Origin: Paraspadella gotoi
Lineage: Eukaryota > Animalia > Chaetognatha
DNA length: 64,000 nt
NCBI GenBank assembly: GCA_051294375.1
Contig: CM119269.1
Location: forward strand, 10,956,883-11,020,882
Direction of reading: 5' to 3'
The number at the start of each line of letters is the position of its first letter. Position 1 is the first letter of the stretch. The notes beneath the pieces were generated by a model. The model was not told the origin of the DNA and did not search any database. It worked only from the letters and a program-made list of their open reading frames with translations. This document shows positions 13,700 to 28,043 of this stretch, piece after piece. The translations under genes were made by a program, and so were the position numbers.

Positions 13700-14230
13700 A
13701 ATCTCGCCATCTTCTCCTTTCCTCCATTTCTTTCCTTTCCTCCATCCCTCCTCAATTCCATCTTCTTCTTTCCTCCGTTTCTTTTCTTTCCTCCGTCCCT
13801 CCTCAACTCCATCTTCTCCTTTCACTCCATTTCTTTTCTTTCCTCGCTCCCTCCTCAATTCCATCTTCTCGCTTTCCTCCAGTTTCTTTTCTTCCTCGCG
13901 TCCCTCCTCAATTCCATTCTTCTCCTTTCCTCCATTTCTTCTTTCTTCGTCCCTCGCAATTCCTATCTTCTCCTTTCCTCCATTTCTTTTCTTCCTCGTC
14001 CTCTCCTCATTCCCATCTTCTCCTTTCCTCCATTTCTTTTCTCTCCCTCCGTCCCTCCTCAATTCCATCTTCTCCTTTCCTCCATTCTTTTCTTTCCTCC
14101 GCTCCCTCCTCAATTCCATCTCTCCTTTCCTCCTATTCTTTTCTTTCCTCTGTCCTCCTCAATTTCCATTTCTCCTTTCCTCCGTTTCTTTTCTTTCCTC
14201 CGTCCCTCCTCAATTCCTTCCTCCTTTTTT
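13700..14230. repeat. ~50-bp pyrimidine-rich minisatellite x~10
   Basis: Recurrent unit CCCTCCTCAATTCCATCTTCTCCTTTCCTCCATTTCTTTTCTTTCCTCC. Confidence 0.85.
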
Positions 14231-14297
14231 CCTTCAGACTTCCGCTTCCTCGTTTCTCTTTCGATCCCGACGTTCGAATCAAAAGTCAAAGTCAAAA

Positions 14298-14320
14298 AAG
14301 CTTTTGGCACTTTATTGCCT

Positions 14321-14357
<37 letters not shown>

Positions 14358-14683
14358 NNNNNNNNNNNNNNNNNNNNNNNNNNNNNNNNNNNNNNNNNNN
14401 NNNNNNNNNNNNNNNNNNNNNNNNNNNNNNNNNNNNNNNNNNNNNNNNNNNNNNNNNNNNNNNNNNNNNNTCTCTTTCTGTTTTTTTTCTCTGTCTGCAT
14501 TATTTTTTTCCTTTTTCTTTTTCTAGAAGTATTCACAGAACCTTTTTTTTCAAACTTCAAGTTGAGTCTACATAACCTCCCCTTTTTTTTTCGCTTCCAA
14601 CAATCAGGTCGTAACAAAAACACACTTGTTTCGCGGCGCCTTCCCATAACGCCCCGGTAAAAGCTTTTGGCACTTTATTGCCT

Positions 14684-14767
<84 letters not shown>

Positions 14768-14945
14768 GTTTTTTTTCTCTGTCTGCATTATTTTTTTCCT
14801 TTTTCTTTTTCTAGAAGTATTCACAGAACCTTTTTTTTCAAACTTCAAGTTGAGTCTACATAACCTCCCCTTTTTTTTTCGCTTCCAACAATCAGGTCGT
14901 AACAAAAACACACTTGTTTCGCGGCGCCTTCCCATAACGCCCCGG
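14298..14945. repeat. Direct duplication beside an N gap (probable assembly artefact)
   Basis: 14298-14656 and 14660-14945 are identical outside the (CT)n/N run. Confidence 0.75.
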
Positions 14946-15071
14946 CTGTCATTACTAACCTTCTTTCTTCTTCTCCGCCCCCCCCCGGCTATAATTTTCC
15001 CGCGTTCATCAACCCCTATCACATCTACCACCCCCTCCACGGCTTCCACCCTTGAAGCCTCGAGCCGCCCT

Positions 15072-15140
<69 letters not shown>

Positions 15141-15953
15141 CTCTCTCCCTCTCTCCGCGCCGATTCATCTGCATATCCTTCGCGGATCCCCTCGCTCTCA
15201 TTATTCGACNNNNNNNNNNNNNNNNNNNNNNNNNTTCCTTCTCGCTCCGAGCCAGGGGCATCGCCCCAGACTCCGCGCCTCGCTACGCCGCTTTCGCACT
15301 CTGGCCTCTAAGTCTTTATCACTCTCTCTGTCTCACTCCTCGGTCTCATTTTGTCGTCTCTATTTCGCTTCGTTTCTCAGTTCAACAATTTCTCTCCTCG
15401 CTTCAAAGTCTTACACATTTAACCTCGATCTTTAAATACGTACGAAACTCCCTCTCTCCCCTTTTTCACCCTTTACCTCATCACTTCTAATTCCTCAGTT
15501 CTCACATCCCTCATCCCTTAAGTCATGCCAAAGCCCACCCGCCAATCAACCCTTACTCGCTTCGTTTGGAAAGCTTCCACGGGACGGTCCCAACCGTCGC
15601 CTCGTCCCCGGACCATTTGCTATCATCAGCGACTCCTCGCAACCATCTGCACTCATCGTTTTCTCGTTCTCCTCATCGTCCGCCATCATTGACTTCCGGT
15701 TCCCTTGGGTCATCTTCATCCAATAAGCATCGCTTTATATTTATTTCCCTACCTTACCCAATACCTTACCCAATACCCATCCCCACTTCGACGAATGGCT
15801 CCGTCGAGTTCACTCACCCTTCCTCTCTCATTTAGAACGAGGAAGCTACTCCTCTTTTTCCGATAAGTCTCCCTTCCTCTTAGGTGGCTTCTCAACAGGA
15901 TTTACAATATGATTTTCCTCGTTTGTAACAACTCAAGACTCAAGAGGGTCGAC

Positions 15954-16480
15954 TAGAGTGAAGTGAAAGTTTGGAATCAAAATTTAGCAGTTATAACTTG
16001 AAAACTATCATATTAGTAAATATTAATCTGAAGTTTTTTTTCTTTTTTTTACAAATATAGTAGCCCAGTCAGCTTATTTTGTATATAGTACTTCCCTTAT
16101 ATAATGTCAAAATTTCTATTTTTTTTTTAATTCTGAGAACAGATTCAGAATCCTTATAAAAAGTTGATGAAAGAAAATATAAACCTTTTTCACAAATTAC
16201 GTCATTAAGTAGGTTAAAATAACCAAAAAAAAACATATTTTTAAACTGGAAATTAAAAATCAGTGGCTTAAATATAGTTTTTTACATTTTTGACTAACTA
16301 AATGAAATTTTTTTTAAAAAAGAATTAAACTTTCTTATATCAACTTTTTACAGGGAATCCAAATCCGATCTTAAAATTTTGAAATTTTAGCTTATTATAC
16401 TATATATAAATATTGGTCACTGGTGCCCACTAATGTATAAAATTAAAAAATAAATTTACCAAAGTATTTTTACTGCACTG
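15954..16480. mobile_element. Old diverged relative of the hAT-type MITE family
   Basis: Shares internal blocks with 18886-19490 (AAAAGTTGAT..AAAGAAAATATAAA, TCATTAAGT.GGT, AATCCAAATC); termini degenerate. Confidence 0.5.
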
Positions 16481-18060
16481 GAAATGAGAAACGAGAAAAA
16501 TCATTCCCTGCGTCAACCCCGAACCGTCCAAACTGCAACTCACCCATCTCGCCTTCTCAATAGCAATCGTTGTTTCACGTCCGCTCGATTCTTCATTGTC
16601 CTACGACTTACCTTTGTCTTTGTCCTCAGCCCGGAACCATTTTGATTTCCTTCTGTATCGTTTCTGTACTCAGACCAATTAAGGGACGAGGCGAAACATC
16701 TTTCAACAATCCACTTTCGCTGACTTAATCCAGCAATTTATTCGCATTACCGAGTTCAATTAGAATCATCGAAAAAAAAGAAAATTCTTGAGCGAGAAAA
16801 AAGAAAATTGTTTTTCCTTTTTCCGGTGAGGTAGATATGCAAATCAGGTTAATCGAGTGATTTCAGTCGAAAAGAAATACGGAATCTGCTCAGTGAAAAG
16901 AAGCGCTGAGAGCTACGATACCGTTTCCTTTTTAATATTAAATATTAAATATTAAGCGGATAAACATGGGCGATGGGTATATTACAATTAAGTAATAATA
17001 ATTAAGAAGATTATAATAACTTATTGCAATTATTGAGTATTTTATTAATATTTTCTTTTAACTATTATGCACGGATATTTTTGAATAATTTTTTTTTAAG
17101 GGAAAAAAAACTTTTTATTACAAATTCCTAACCAACCCTAACCCAATTGCAAAAATATAACACAAAAATATTGTTTTTCTTTGTTTGTTTACGTACAATG
17201 AATTTTATTAAGAAACATTGCGACACAATTTGTGTAATCCTTTCTTTCGTTGTTTTGGAGAGATGAGCAAAGTTTTTAATTTTGTACAACGATTTTATTT
17301 ATTAAGATGCCTTCTTCAGCGCTTGGAATTTGTGAAATAGAACAATTTTTATGAGTTAAAGAGAAAGAGAGAGGCCTTGGGTTTGTTTCCTGAGCCAGTT
17401 AACACGAGATCAACCCCATTGTCCTCTCAACCTATGACACGCCAATGACCCGGCACCATCAGCAATGCTTTTCCTTCATGAGAATTATTTTTGAATAACG
17501 TTTCCTTTTTCGATAAATTTTGAATGGTTGAGCAGCGGCCTGCTTTTAATCCTGGCAAATTTAAAATCCATCCTTGTCCTTTCCGCCCTCCGACAGATCT
17601 CCGTCGGTGAGAGCAAGGGCATTCTTTGTGATTCCTGAACGAGTATAATGTTTTCGAAAAAGATCCCCAGTTCCTCGGATAACTTTAACGATCACGAACC
17701 TCTTCTCTTTTCACTTCCTTTTTCTTTTCTATTCAATTTTTTCTATTCTTTTCTTTGCTATTCTCCTTTCGTCCTTATTCCCGATCACCAAGATTCTCTC
17801 ATCTTCATCCCCATTTCGTTTCTCGTCCTGTTCATTCAACCAACAGATACTGCCTCACTCGATATAGTACATTCCCATTCCTTTAACTCCCTGAGTCCCG
17901 CTTCTCACGCCCCAGTCTCACTTTCTTCGTCCCTTCCTTCTCACTACCTTTCCATTAGCTCAACGTTACCCTTCTATTCTATTCACTTTCCCGCGGTGCA
18001 GAAGTACATTTCGTTCGCTTTTGCTCTTTCGAAGCGGCCCCTTCTTTTCCTTTTGCACAC

Positions 18061-18182
<122 letters not shown>

Positions 18183-18885
18183 GATTAATCCTCGGTTTGT
18201 TTTTAGTGTAGCGACTATGATTTGTCTTCGTGATTAGCGACTCAGCAATCGCATCTTTTCTCGGAAAAGAAAATTGAAAAGAAAAAAAAAATCCGAGAAA
18301 AGTATCGAGAAAAAGTCGATGGAATATTTTTGCAATTATCTCAATGTTTTGACGACATCCCCCTGTCACCCTCGAGCCTCCGTGGAACGATGAAGACGTC
18401 TCGACTCCGCGACGATGACGATGACGAAAGACGACGAAGAAGACGTCGACGAAGGATGCTGCTTTAAAAGACGACCTCCTTGGACGAGCGACTGCAAAGG
18501 TTCGTTATTCAGTTTCTGTCTCTTCGAGCTCAGATTTACGGCTTATCTTCTTCTCGGTTTTCATTCGATTCCGACTTCAACGGTGGAAGTTGCGAAGGGA
18601 GGCGGGAGATTGGCGATTTTCCCCCCGAAAGACGACGACAACGACGACAACGACAACAACGACGATCGGGATCACGTGAACGATCACTGAGGCGCGACGA
18701 CGGAGGAGGGAAATTGAAAAGATTTGTCTCAACCAGAGACGAGGAAAAGGGCGCGAGCTGCTCTGTTTGTGGCACATCAATCGAAGAATGGAAATCACGA
18801 CGATTTGCAATCGGAATATTTATTGAAGCTTATAACGCCTTGGCAAGGAATCAATTATCAAGCGAAAATAATTGAGGATGTAGAA

Positions 18886-19490
18886 TAAGGCGTAGTGAAA
18901 GTTACATACGAAAATTCTAAATGTCAATTATGAACAACATACCATCAGTAAATATTAATATGTAAAAAAAATTATATTATGTTTTAATTTTCGCAGTAGG
19001 CTATATTTATATATAGTACTATCCTTATAAATCAAAAATTTCAAAATATGCTTTTCTTAATTTTGATTGCAGATTTGAATTCCTCGTCAAAAGTTGATAA
19101 AAGAAAATATAAATCATTTTTAAAAATTCTTTCATTAAGTGGGTAAAAATTTAAAAAACTACATTTAATATATAAAAAGTTAATTTTCAGCTTAAAATAT
19201 AGCTTTTTCTAATTTTTGACCCACTTAATGAAGGAATTTTTCAAAAAGAGTTATATTTCTTTTTAACAACTTTTTATGACGAATCCAAATCTGCAAAAAA
19301 ATTTAGAAAAAACTGTTTTGAAATTTTAATATTTATTGGATTAGTACTAGTATAAATATGGCCTACTGCGTAAATTGTAAAATTTATTATAAATTTTTTA
19401 TTACATAAATGTTTATTAGTATAATGTTGTTCATTCCTCACTTTTAGATATTTATATTAAAGTTAAATTTAGGAATTTTACTACGCCTTA
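18886..19490 (+). mobile_element. hAT-type MITE, copy 1
   Basis: TIR TAAGGCGTAGT...ACTACGCCTTA; 8-bp TSD ATGTAGAA at 18878-18885 and 19491-19498; 605 bp, non-coding, internally palindromic. Confidence 0.9.
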
Positions 19491-20575
19491 ATGTAGAAGA
19501 TCGAAATCTTTTTTTTTACAAACTAATCTATATACACCTTGCATATATTTTGTTTCCGAAAAAAAAACGCCTTGGGGAAAGCTTTGTTGTTTTATTTAAA
19601 TTTTAAAAAATTTAATGAAAAAAATATAATTGTAAGTAATCATTCCTTTTAAAAATTTTACAAGCTTAATTCATTCACAATCTCTATTCTATGATTTTTC
19701 TGTACTTTTGTTTGCTTTTTATTAAATACGTTTTAATTTGAATTCAACATGGTTGATTCAGAAAAAAACAAAATCAGCAAGGAAAAAAAAACAAGGTGAA
19801 TATAAAGAGAGCATGTTAAGCTGAGGTTTATCTTATACAGTAATGAAAGGAATTATTCCTTTGAGAATATTTTTTAACGTATAAATCTTAGAAATAAAGT
19901 ATTTTCTTCGCTGTTTAAGCAATGTAAAAATATCTTCTTAGGCAGAGAAGCTACTTATGTACTATAATATGTAGATTACGGATACTTTCCCATCTGTTGT
20001 ATTCAAAGATTTTTCGTAATTTCATGTCGCGCCCCTAGAATGTTTTCGCTTCACAAACCATACTATAAAAGGGGAACGTAAATAGTGTAAAACAATTTCA
20101 TTAGTATATCTTAGTTTATACAAGGCATTGGTTGTGCAATCGATAAAATGATGAGAGCTCTTTAGTGGAATCAAATAAAGATCCCTTTACACTTGATATG
20201 TCCATCTGTCTACCATTTCTATTAACAATAATATCATTTGGTATCGGTAAGGTGGACTTTCCAAAATGCATGACCAATACCTTTATTAGTATTCTGTTCG
20301 CCAATTAAAAAAATATCTTGGCCATAAGGTGCTTGTGAAAAAATATCAGGACCACATTTTACTTTGCAGATCAACAAATCATAGTATGGGAAATATATAT
20401 TATTCCCTTATCGTTATTAAGTTTGGTAATTTTTTAAGCATTTGGTGGATTCTATTCAAAGAAAGCAAAACTTTTGTTGGAAGAATGGCTTTCTCAGCCG
20501 TAACTACTTCTTGAAGGACAGTCTTCGAGAGCGCTTCAAAACAAAGCTCTCTCTTTGTCTGTCTGTCTATTTCTC

Positions 20576-20717
<142 letters not shown>

Positions 20718-21526
20718 GCGCGCGCCCGCGAATTTCCCTTCACAGCGCGTGCCACGAACTTCGACGTTAGCGATGACGCCCTCGGCGTCGTCCCCGTCAC
20801 CGTTGTCGATCTCGTCGTTTTTGTCGTCGTCGTCGCTTCCGTCGTTTTCGTCATCGTCGTCGTTTTCGTCGTCGTCGTCGCTTCGCGTCTCAACTCCGCC
20901 GAATTCCGACTTCCTGTTTGTACCTTGAGAATCGTATCTGAGAAATGTTTTTTTTTCGGTTCTTCATTTTTTTACTTTTTCGTATTTCTTTTGATTTTTC
21001 GATTATCTTATGCAAAACGATTTTTTTTCATTCGTCTTAGTCTTCGTTGGTCGTCGACGTTCAGCCATTTTGAAAATAATTCGATTCGTTGAAATAAAAT
21101 CATTCGGTCGTTTTTTATTTACTAAACATATTTATTAAATACTATTTTTTTTATTAATCACAAAAACGATATTAACATAATTGAATAACAAAAACAGTAA
21201 CGGGAACAGTAACAGCCTAAAAAGACCGAAGCACGGTAAATAAATAATTATTATGAAAATTTGCAAATTACTAAGCGTAAGCGCTGATTTTTGATTCATT
21301 GTTCTCCGTTTATCTCCCTAGTGAATGGCGCTAATTTTACCATTTTATCCTTTGAGAGTTTTGTATAATTTTCTCTTCACAACTATCTTTATTTTATGTA
21401 AAAAGATTATATTCGCTTCTTAACCAAGCAAAAAGACAATCAATTACTTATGTACGGTAGGTTTAAATTATAATTAAGAGAGAAAACAAAGTTTTTTTTG
21501 TTTACAAACAACAAATTTTATTTTTT

Positions 21527-21569
21527 AAACGGACAAGTTTCGACTCTTTTTCGAGTCTTCATCAGCGCA
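21527..21569 (-). ncRNA. Minimal hammerhead ribozyme (Penelope-type)
   Basis: Minus strand: gcg CTGATGA A GACTC gaaaaa GAGTC GAAA C TT GTC cgt, i.e. CUGANGA core, 5-bp stem II, GAAA, minimal stem III, GUC cleavage triplet, short stem I. Confidence 0.7.
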
Positions 21570-21596
21570 ATGTGAATTTATTAAAAATTATGATGA

Positions 21597-21752
<156 letters not shown>

Positions 21753-22014
21753 GTAAAGGATAGTGTTGAGGGTGAGCACAGCTGAAGGTAAGGACAGGAG
21801 AGACAGAGAGTAAGTAGGGAACAATGTACAACAATAGTAAATAGAAAAACTAAAATAACGAAAAAGAGTCCGCTTAAAAAGTAAAATTCGTTGTTTGTAA
21901 ACAAAAACAAACTTTGTTTTCTCTTTTAATTTAAATTTTGAGGCAAAATGGTTTTTGTTTTACAACGATTTTTTTTTTTCATAGAAAAAACGGACAAAAA
22001 TTCACAAATTGTTT

Positions 22015-22057
22015 GACGCTGAAGAAGGCTTGCAACTAAAGCCGAAACATGTCCGTT
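22015..22057 (+). ncRNA. Minimal hammerhead ribozyme (Penelope-type)
   Basis: gacg CTGAAGA A GGCTT gcaacta AAGCC GAAA CATGTC cgtt: core, stem II, palindromic stem III (ACATGT), GUC triplet, stem I gacg/cgtt. Confidence 0.75.
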
Positions 22058-22435
22058 TTTTCTATGAAAAATAAAAAAATTCGTTGTAAAACAAAAACCA
22101 TTTTGCCTCAATACATAGAACAACGAAAAGAAAGGTTATTACCAATAATTTAAATTTATAATTAAAAAATTAAATTCTCATTTTTCTATTTAAAGAAGCC
22201 GTTTTCAAAAAATAATAGGTACGTATTTAGACTTATATTTTAACTCTCCTCGGTATTCTTTAACAGATTTTATCAATAATTGAATTAATTTAAATAACGG
22301 GTATTTCTTTTTTTACAAAACTTTTTTAAAATTTCTATATGACGTCAAAATTGCATTTAATAGAGAAGAAACAGAAAAAGATGAAAAGTATTTTTTCGAA
22401 ATGATCGAAATAATCGAAAACGTATAAAACGTATA

Positions 22436-22508
<73 letters not shown>

Positions 22509-22671
22509 ATCTATCTAACTATTACTTACATCCAGAGAAAGAAAAAACTTTCTTCTGTGTTCTACCTCTCTTAATTTTTCCTACCCTCTAAGCCCAAGGC
22601 ATTCATTGTTTCTCTCATTTAACTTGCAGAGCGACGTCGAGAGTATAGAAATACAAGCGTGAAGAGAGAGA

Positions 22672-22715
<44 letters not shown>

Positions 22716-23029
22716 ACGCTAAAAACAAGTTTGAGCAAACAATGCCGGATCTTCCCATGATCATTATCGGTATTTAATTAATAATTTAATTAATTTCTGA
22801 CCATGATAAAAGCAACGACGACGATGATGGCGACGACGACAATGATGTCGACAACGATTAATTGATTGACTTACTTGATTGGTGGATTGATTGAATAATT
22901 AAGTAATTGATAAATAAATTGATTGATTGAATAATTGATTGATTAATTGACCGAATAATTAATTATTTGACCAATTGATTAATTAACAGATTAATTATTT
23001 GATATAATAATTTGATATACAGATATACG

Positions 23030-23168
23030 GATAGACAGACAGATGGACGGACGGACATCGTTTTTTGCATACTCTCCTTACTTTCCGACAAGCATTTGGG
23101 GTGGGACCGACGGACCGACAAGGTGAATTATAGAGCAGCGATCCGCTGTAAGCAGATCTGGCTAAAAA
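23030..23168 (-). mobile_element. HINE/Helentron-like fragment (related subfamily)
   Basis: Minus strand starts TTTTTAGCC...CTCTATAA..GTCGGTCCGTCGGTCCCAC with (GTCC/GTCT)n, the same layout as 9945-10160. Confidence 0.4.
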
Positions 23169-24014
23169 ACGGTAGATGACGCTTTAAACGACGCCACAGA
23201 TAGCGTCTCTGGGCGTCAGTGGATTGAGCCAAGGCCGTGGCCGTCGAAGTAAAAGCATCGTCCCCGTGGTCGAATTTTTTTTTCAAAAAATGAAAGGATT
23301 TTTTTTTTGTTCTTTTTTTTAGTAGAATTGATTTTATGAGCGTCTGGCGAAAACGTCTTCATTGTGGCGTCGTAACGACCCTCGCCGCGAGCGTTTTATG
23401 TCGATGACGCTGTGTCCTTTATTTAAGGAAAGAATCGGATGAGGGTAAGATTTCTTCTGGTTTTTAAAATTCAATAAAAATGAGAGGGCTCTATCCAAAT
23501 TTGTAGCTTTAAAATTTATCTCAAAACAATTCTCTTTTCTATTGCATTTTCCTCTAGGATTTAAAAAAAAATTAAGTTTATTATTTAGATCAAATATTAA
23601 AAAAAAATGTAATCTTGTTTCGAGCATTAAATGAGTAATTAGGTATTTGTATTTGTTATTTAGGTATTTGTTTTGTATTACATTTATTCTGTTATTATGA
23701 GCTCTGATCTTCCGACTCGGTTTAACTGAGTTTTATTACCCGGGAACACCCTCTAGGCACTACCTCTCTTTAAATTCCCTTTCTTTTTAATATCGCGCAA
23801 ATAATATATACACTGTGGCGGTATATTCAAACCGCCTCAACACTGGAATTCGGTTTTTCCCACATTGTCCAACTGAGTCCATCCTTTCAACCGTTTCAGT
23901 GGTCTTCTTTTCTCCCGAACTTCCCCTTACCCTCTCACCCTTGCAAATTCTTTTAATTACCGCCGTGGGCTCCAAATCGAGTCGGAGGCTGCGTTAAACC
24001 AGAGACGAGAGAGA

Positions 24015-24086
<72 letters not shown>

Positions 24087-24691
24087 TGAGAGAAAGATAT
24101 AAAGCGCCGAAAGCCATAGAATATAACAGTGGTCAATCCATTTTATGGCTCTCTCACTGTTAAACTGCTATCAGGTAATACATTTGCCATTTTCCTACGA
24201 AGAATAAGACAAATCTATAAAAAGAATGTAAATACAAAAGTAAAATATTTATATGTATTGTTATCATCGAAATACAAATTCCGAACCGGATGTAACCTTT
24301 GGCGGAGTCGAATTCGGTGGCGGCGTCAATGGCGGCGCCAACGTCACCGATGCCAACTTCGGTGGAGGCGAATGACGAATGACGAATGACGATTGCGCAG
24401 CTGGTTCCATCGTTAAGAACCATGTCTCTCGATCTATTCAAATGATTAACACGTTTCCCGAGATTTTTTTTGTTTTTCATTATCGTATCAAGTTAAAAAA
24501 TATATTTATATTTAATGTATATGTATAAAGCTAAAAATAAATAAAAGCTGACGATTTTTTTTCATCATTTTAACTCTTATCAAAAGGTGTCTGGAATAGA
24601 AAGAACTTTTTGAAAATTCGAATTCGTTTCATATTTAACCTTTCATTCATAGTCAACTGCGTTTATTCTGTGAATTTTGCATTCAGAGTTA

Positions 24692-24786
<95 letters not shown>

Positions 24787-26923
24787 TCGTCTTGTGTTTG
24801 AGTCACAGAAGATATTCTCGCGAAGAGAGCGTCTAGCGAAGGACGGTCATAAAGGTGTCGTTGGAAAAAACTTTCGGGCTTGTCGTTATTGTTGTAGCCG
24901 CATTGTGTATGAATGTATTGTATTGTGTATAACTGTACAAGTTAACTTTCCAAACGATAACCCAGACGAGATAAGCAAGCATCTCATTGATTTCTACTCC
25001 TTGTTTCCACCAATCGCGGATCAGATAAGCTTTAGTCTCCCTCTGAATATTTGGAGCTGAGACGAGAGCGAAAGTCACAGGCTCGTTCCCGAATCTCGCT
25101 TTTCGCCTTTCACTGAATTATAGAAGTTTATCACGTGAGTTGACTGCTCGGAGCATCGTGGTGTAGATAGTTACAAAGCAGATGAACCAGCAGTGAACTT
25201 AGTGTTGTTTTTGTTTTATTCAAAAATGTTTGGAAACTGCTCACTTTTTTCGCCAAATATTGGGTGCTAAAGAAGTCGAAAAGCATCAAAACGCCATATT
25301 TTCTGAATCACATCTCATTTCTTCATACTTGGTATCCCCGATGGCTGGATTCCACCTTCGTATTCAAATCCCATAAAAACGAATCACCGTCGAGCATCCT
25401 GGCGCCGGCGAACTCTGGGATGCGTTTGCATGCGTTTGCGTGCAAACAATAATGCGCGCGCGTGGGAGGTCCGGATGCCTTTCGTTGCGCTTCCCCTTTG
25501 GGACGTGGGCGGACGACACTTTTTTATGTTTCTCGGCGAAACTATTTTCGTTCCGATTTTTTTTTTGTTCCGTCGTTTTTTTTTTCTTCGTCGCTTCACC
25601 GGCATCCATCGTCCTCGTCTTTTTTTTTCGGGTTTGTTCCTCATCTTTCTTCTTCCCCTTTTCTTTTTTTTGTTTACGGTTTTTTTTTGGGGGGGGGTGT
25701 GTGAGCTTTTTCATTAGGTTTCTTTATTTTTTGCTCTTTGTTTACTATTTTTCCTGTTAATCCCTTTTCTGTCGCTCTGTGTACTACAGTACTATTTGGC
25801 AAGAGCGTGACTCTTTTAGCTTCGCCATATTACGATTATATCATGGCTTTGTAGTCGTCTATGTCGTCGACGTCGCCTTCATTGTCATGAACGTCGCCTC
25901 CTTGACGAAGATCAAGAAAGCGACACCTGTTGAGCGTTGACGCGTCCTCACTTCTCAATTCATCCGAACTCACCCAAACTCACGCTAACTAATCCAAACA
26001 CAATGCGTCCAATCGATGAACTGATCCATCAACTTTCTTGTTATCATCGTCATCGTCGTCGTCATCAGTAAAGGTCGCCGACCTCAGCCTCGTTTTCTAT
26101 TTCCGCCAAAAAATCGAAATATTTGCTTGAAACGATACGCACGTTCCTCTAAGGTCGCGGGTTCGAATCGCGAACGCAAAACTCTTTTTTTTTAAGCCGA
26201 GAAGTATCTCGAGGAAAAGACTATTTTGAAAGTATTTCCATTCGACGCATGTTTCCATTTTTTCTCTGGTTTTCATTCTCTTTGTCTTTTTTATATCTTC
26301 TCTACTTCTCTACTTTTTGATCCCTTCACTTCTACAGTAAGCAAGACTTCAGTTAAAATAGTAAAATCATCATTATCAACATCATCATCATCATCGTCAT
26401 CATCATCATCATCATCATCATCCAATTGCATTTTTTCTTGGTACTACTAATGTCTTTTCTAATTTATCTTTTTTTAATTTGCAAGAAGGAATCATGTCCA
26501 GTTTTATCTGAAAATTACAAATTACTATTTTACTAAGAAAATTTGCAAATAACTTGTTTACTATGTTAGGCTTAATTTTAAAATTAAAAGAAAATTTTAA
26601 GATATTTTAATAAGTGTTAAATTAATGGGTTGAATTTAATAATGCAGTAGGGAGAGGAATGCATGTTAGTGCTCTTCTTCTGCTAATACTAATACTAATA
26701 GATGGGGCATCTATACGACACAAGGCTAAAAGTGACTTTTCGTCCGAATTTTCTAATTAGATATCAATGTCAAGAATTAAATTTTTTTAGAGCTGGACCT
26801 CCCAGTACCTCAAAGCAGATGGAATCAGTCTCGAATGAGCGCCCGGCTAAATCCGTCTGTATTTTACGAAATAGATTCAATTTCACTCGTTAAGAGGAAA
26901 GGTCATTCAGCATAACAATACGT

Positions 26924-28043
26924 TGTGGCGGTATATTCACACCGCCTCACGTCCACTATCCTACAGCCAAATCCATTGGCTCAGAGGAGGAACACACTAT
27001 CCCAGGCGTAGTGTTCCATCCACAGTCCTAACGACTTCCTTCTGCGTTGGCAAAGCGAGACCGTCCTAGGGTAACCACTAAGGCGTAGTAAAATTTCTAA
27101 ATTTAACTTTAATTAAAATTCTAAAAGTGAGGAACGAACAACATTATACTAATGAACATTTATGTATAAAAAAAATTATAATAAATTTTACAATTTACGG
27201 AGTAGGCCATATTTATACTTGTACTAATCCAATAAATGTTAAAATTTCAAAACAGTTTTTTCTAAGATTTTTTTGCAGATTTAGATTCGTCATAAAAAGT
27301 TGATAAAAAGAAATATAACTCTTTTTAAAAAATTCCTTCATTAAGTGGGTTTTGACCCACTTAATGAAGGAATTTTTAAAGCTATATTTTAAGCTGAAAA
27401 TTAACTTTTTATATATTAAATATAGTTTTTGTAATTTTTAACCCACTTAATGAAAGAATTTTTAAGAATAATTTATATTTTCTTTTATCAACTTTTGACG
27501 AGGAATTCAAATCTGCAATCAAAATTAAGAAAAGCCTATTTTGAAATTTTTCAATTTAAGGATCTGAAAAGGTATCCTAACCGGAAGTAAAGTGACGAGA
27601 ATGCGGGAAACTAATATATTGACGGAAAGAAAATCTATACTGAGACAAAAATGAGGGTAAAAAAAGGGAGAGAAACGAGTAGGAGAAGAGAGAAAGGTGG
27701 ACTGAATCTCGTGAACGCGGCCCCGAATCCCTGGGAGGAGGATGAAGAGGAGGTGAATGAGAAGGAGGGGGTAATAGACCCGCGTCTGTCTATCACCTTA
27801 TATACTGATAAATATAGCCTACTGCAAAAATTAAAAAACATAAAATTATTTTTTTTTACAAATTAATGTTCACTGATGGTATGTTGTTCATAATTGACAT
27901 TTAGAATTTTCGTATGTAACTTTCACTACGCCTTAGTAACCACGCCAGAGACCGGAGGCGTCACTGAGGGTCAGAAGCCCCCAAAGCCAACAGTGAGATG
28001 CCCCATCCCAATGGGCATCACAGGCAACCCGTCTGTTGCCACG
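26924..28043 (+). mobile_element. Solo-LTR-like element (4-bp TSD), interrupted by a hAT MITE
   Basis: TGTGGCGG...TGTTGCCACG termini, TSD ACGT on both sides; homologous to 44861-45089 and 54717-54950. Confidence 0.75.
27079..27935 (-). mobile_element. hAT-type MITE, copy 2, carrying a ~245-bp insertion
   Basis: TIR TAAGGCGTAGT; 8-bp TSD GTAACCAC; extra sequence ~27562-27808 absent from the other copies. Confidence 0.9.

Noticed and set aside
14298-14945. Tandem segmental duplication as a biological event
   Set aside because: Identical copies adjacent to an N gap and a (CT)n run point to a scaffolding overlap artefact.
15300-15900. Possible LINE 3'-end remnant
   Set aside because: No reverse-transcriptase motifs could be read confidently.
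20116-20514. Short ORFs with a GKSTL (Walker A-like) motif
   Set aside because: No GxxGxGKS context, no splice-consistent extension and no recognisable family.
26140-26175. tRNA B-box-like GGTTCGAATC (also A-box-like at ~7810-7830 and ~25150-25175, T-arm-like at ~46005-46025)
   Set aside because: No complete cloverleaf or paired A and B boxes could be built; at most SINE debris.
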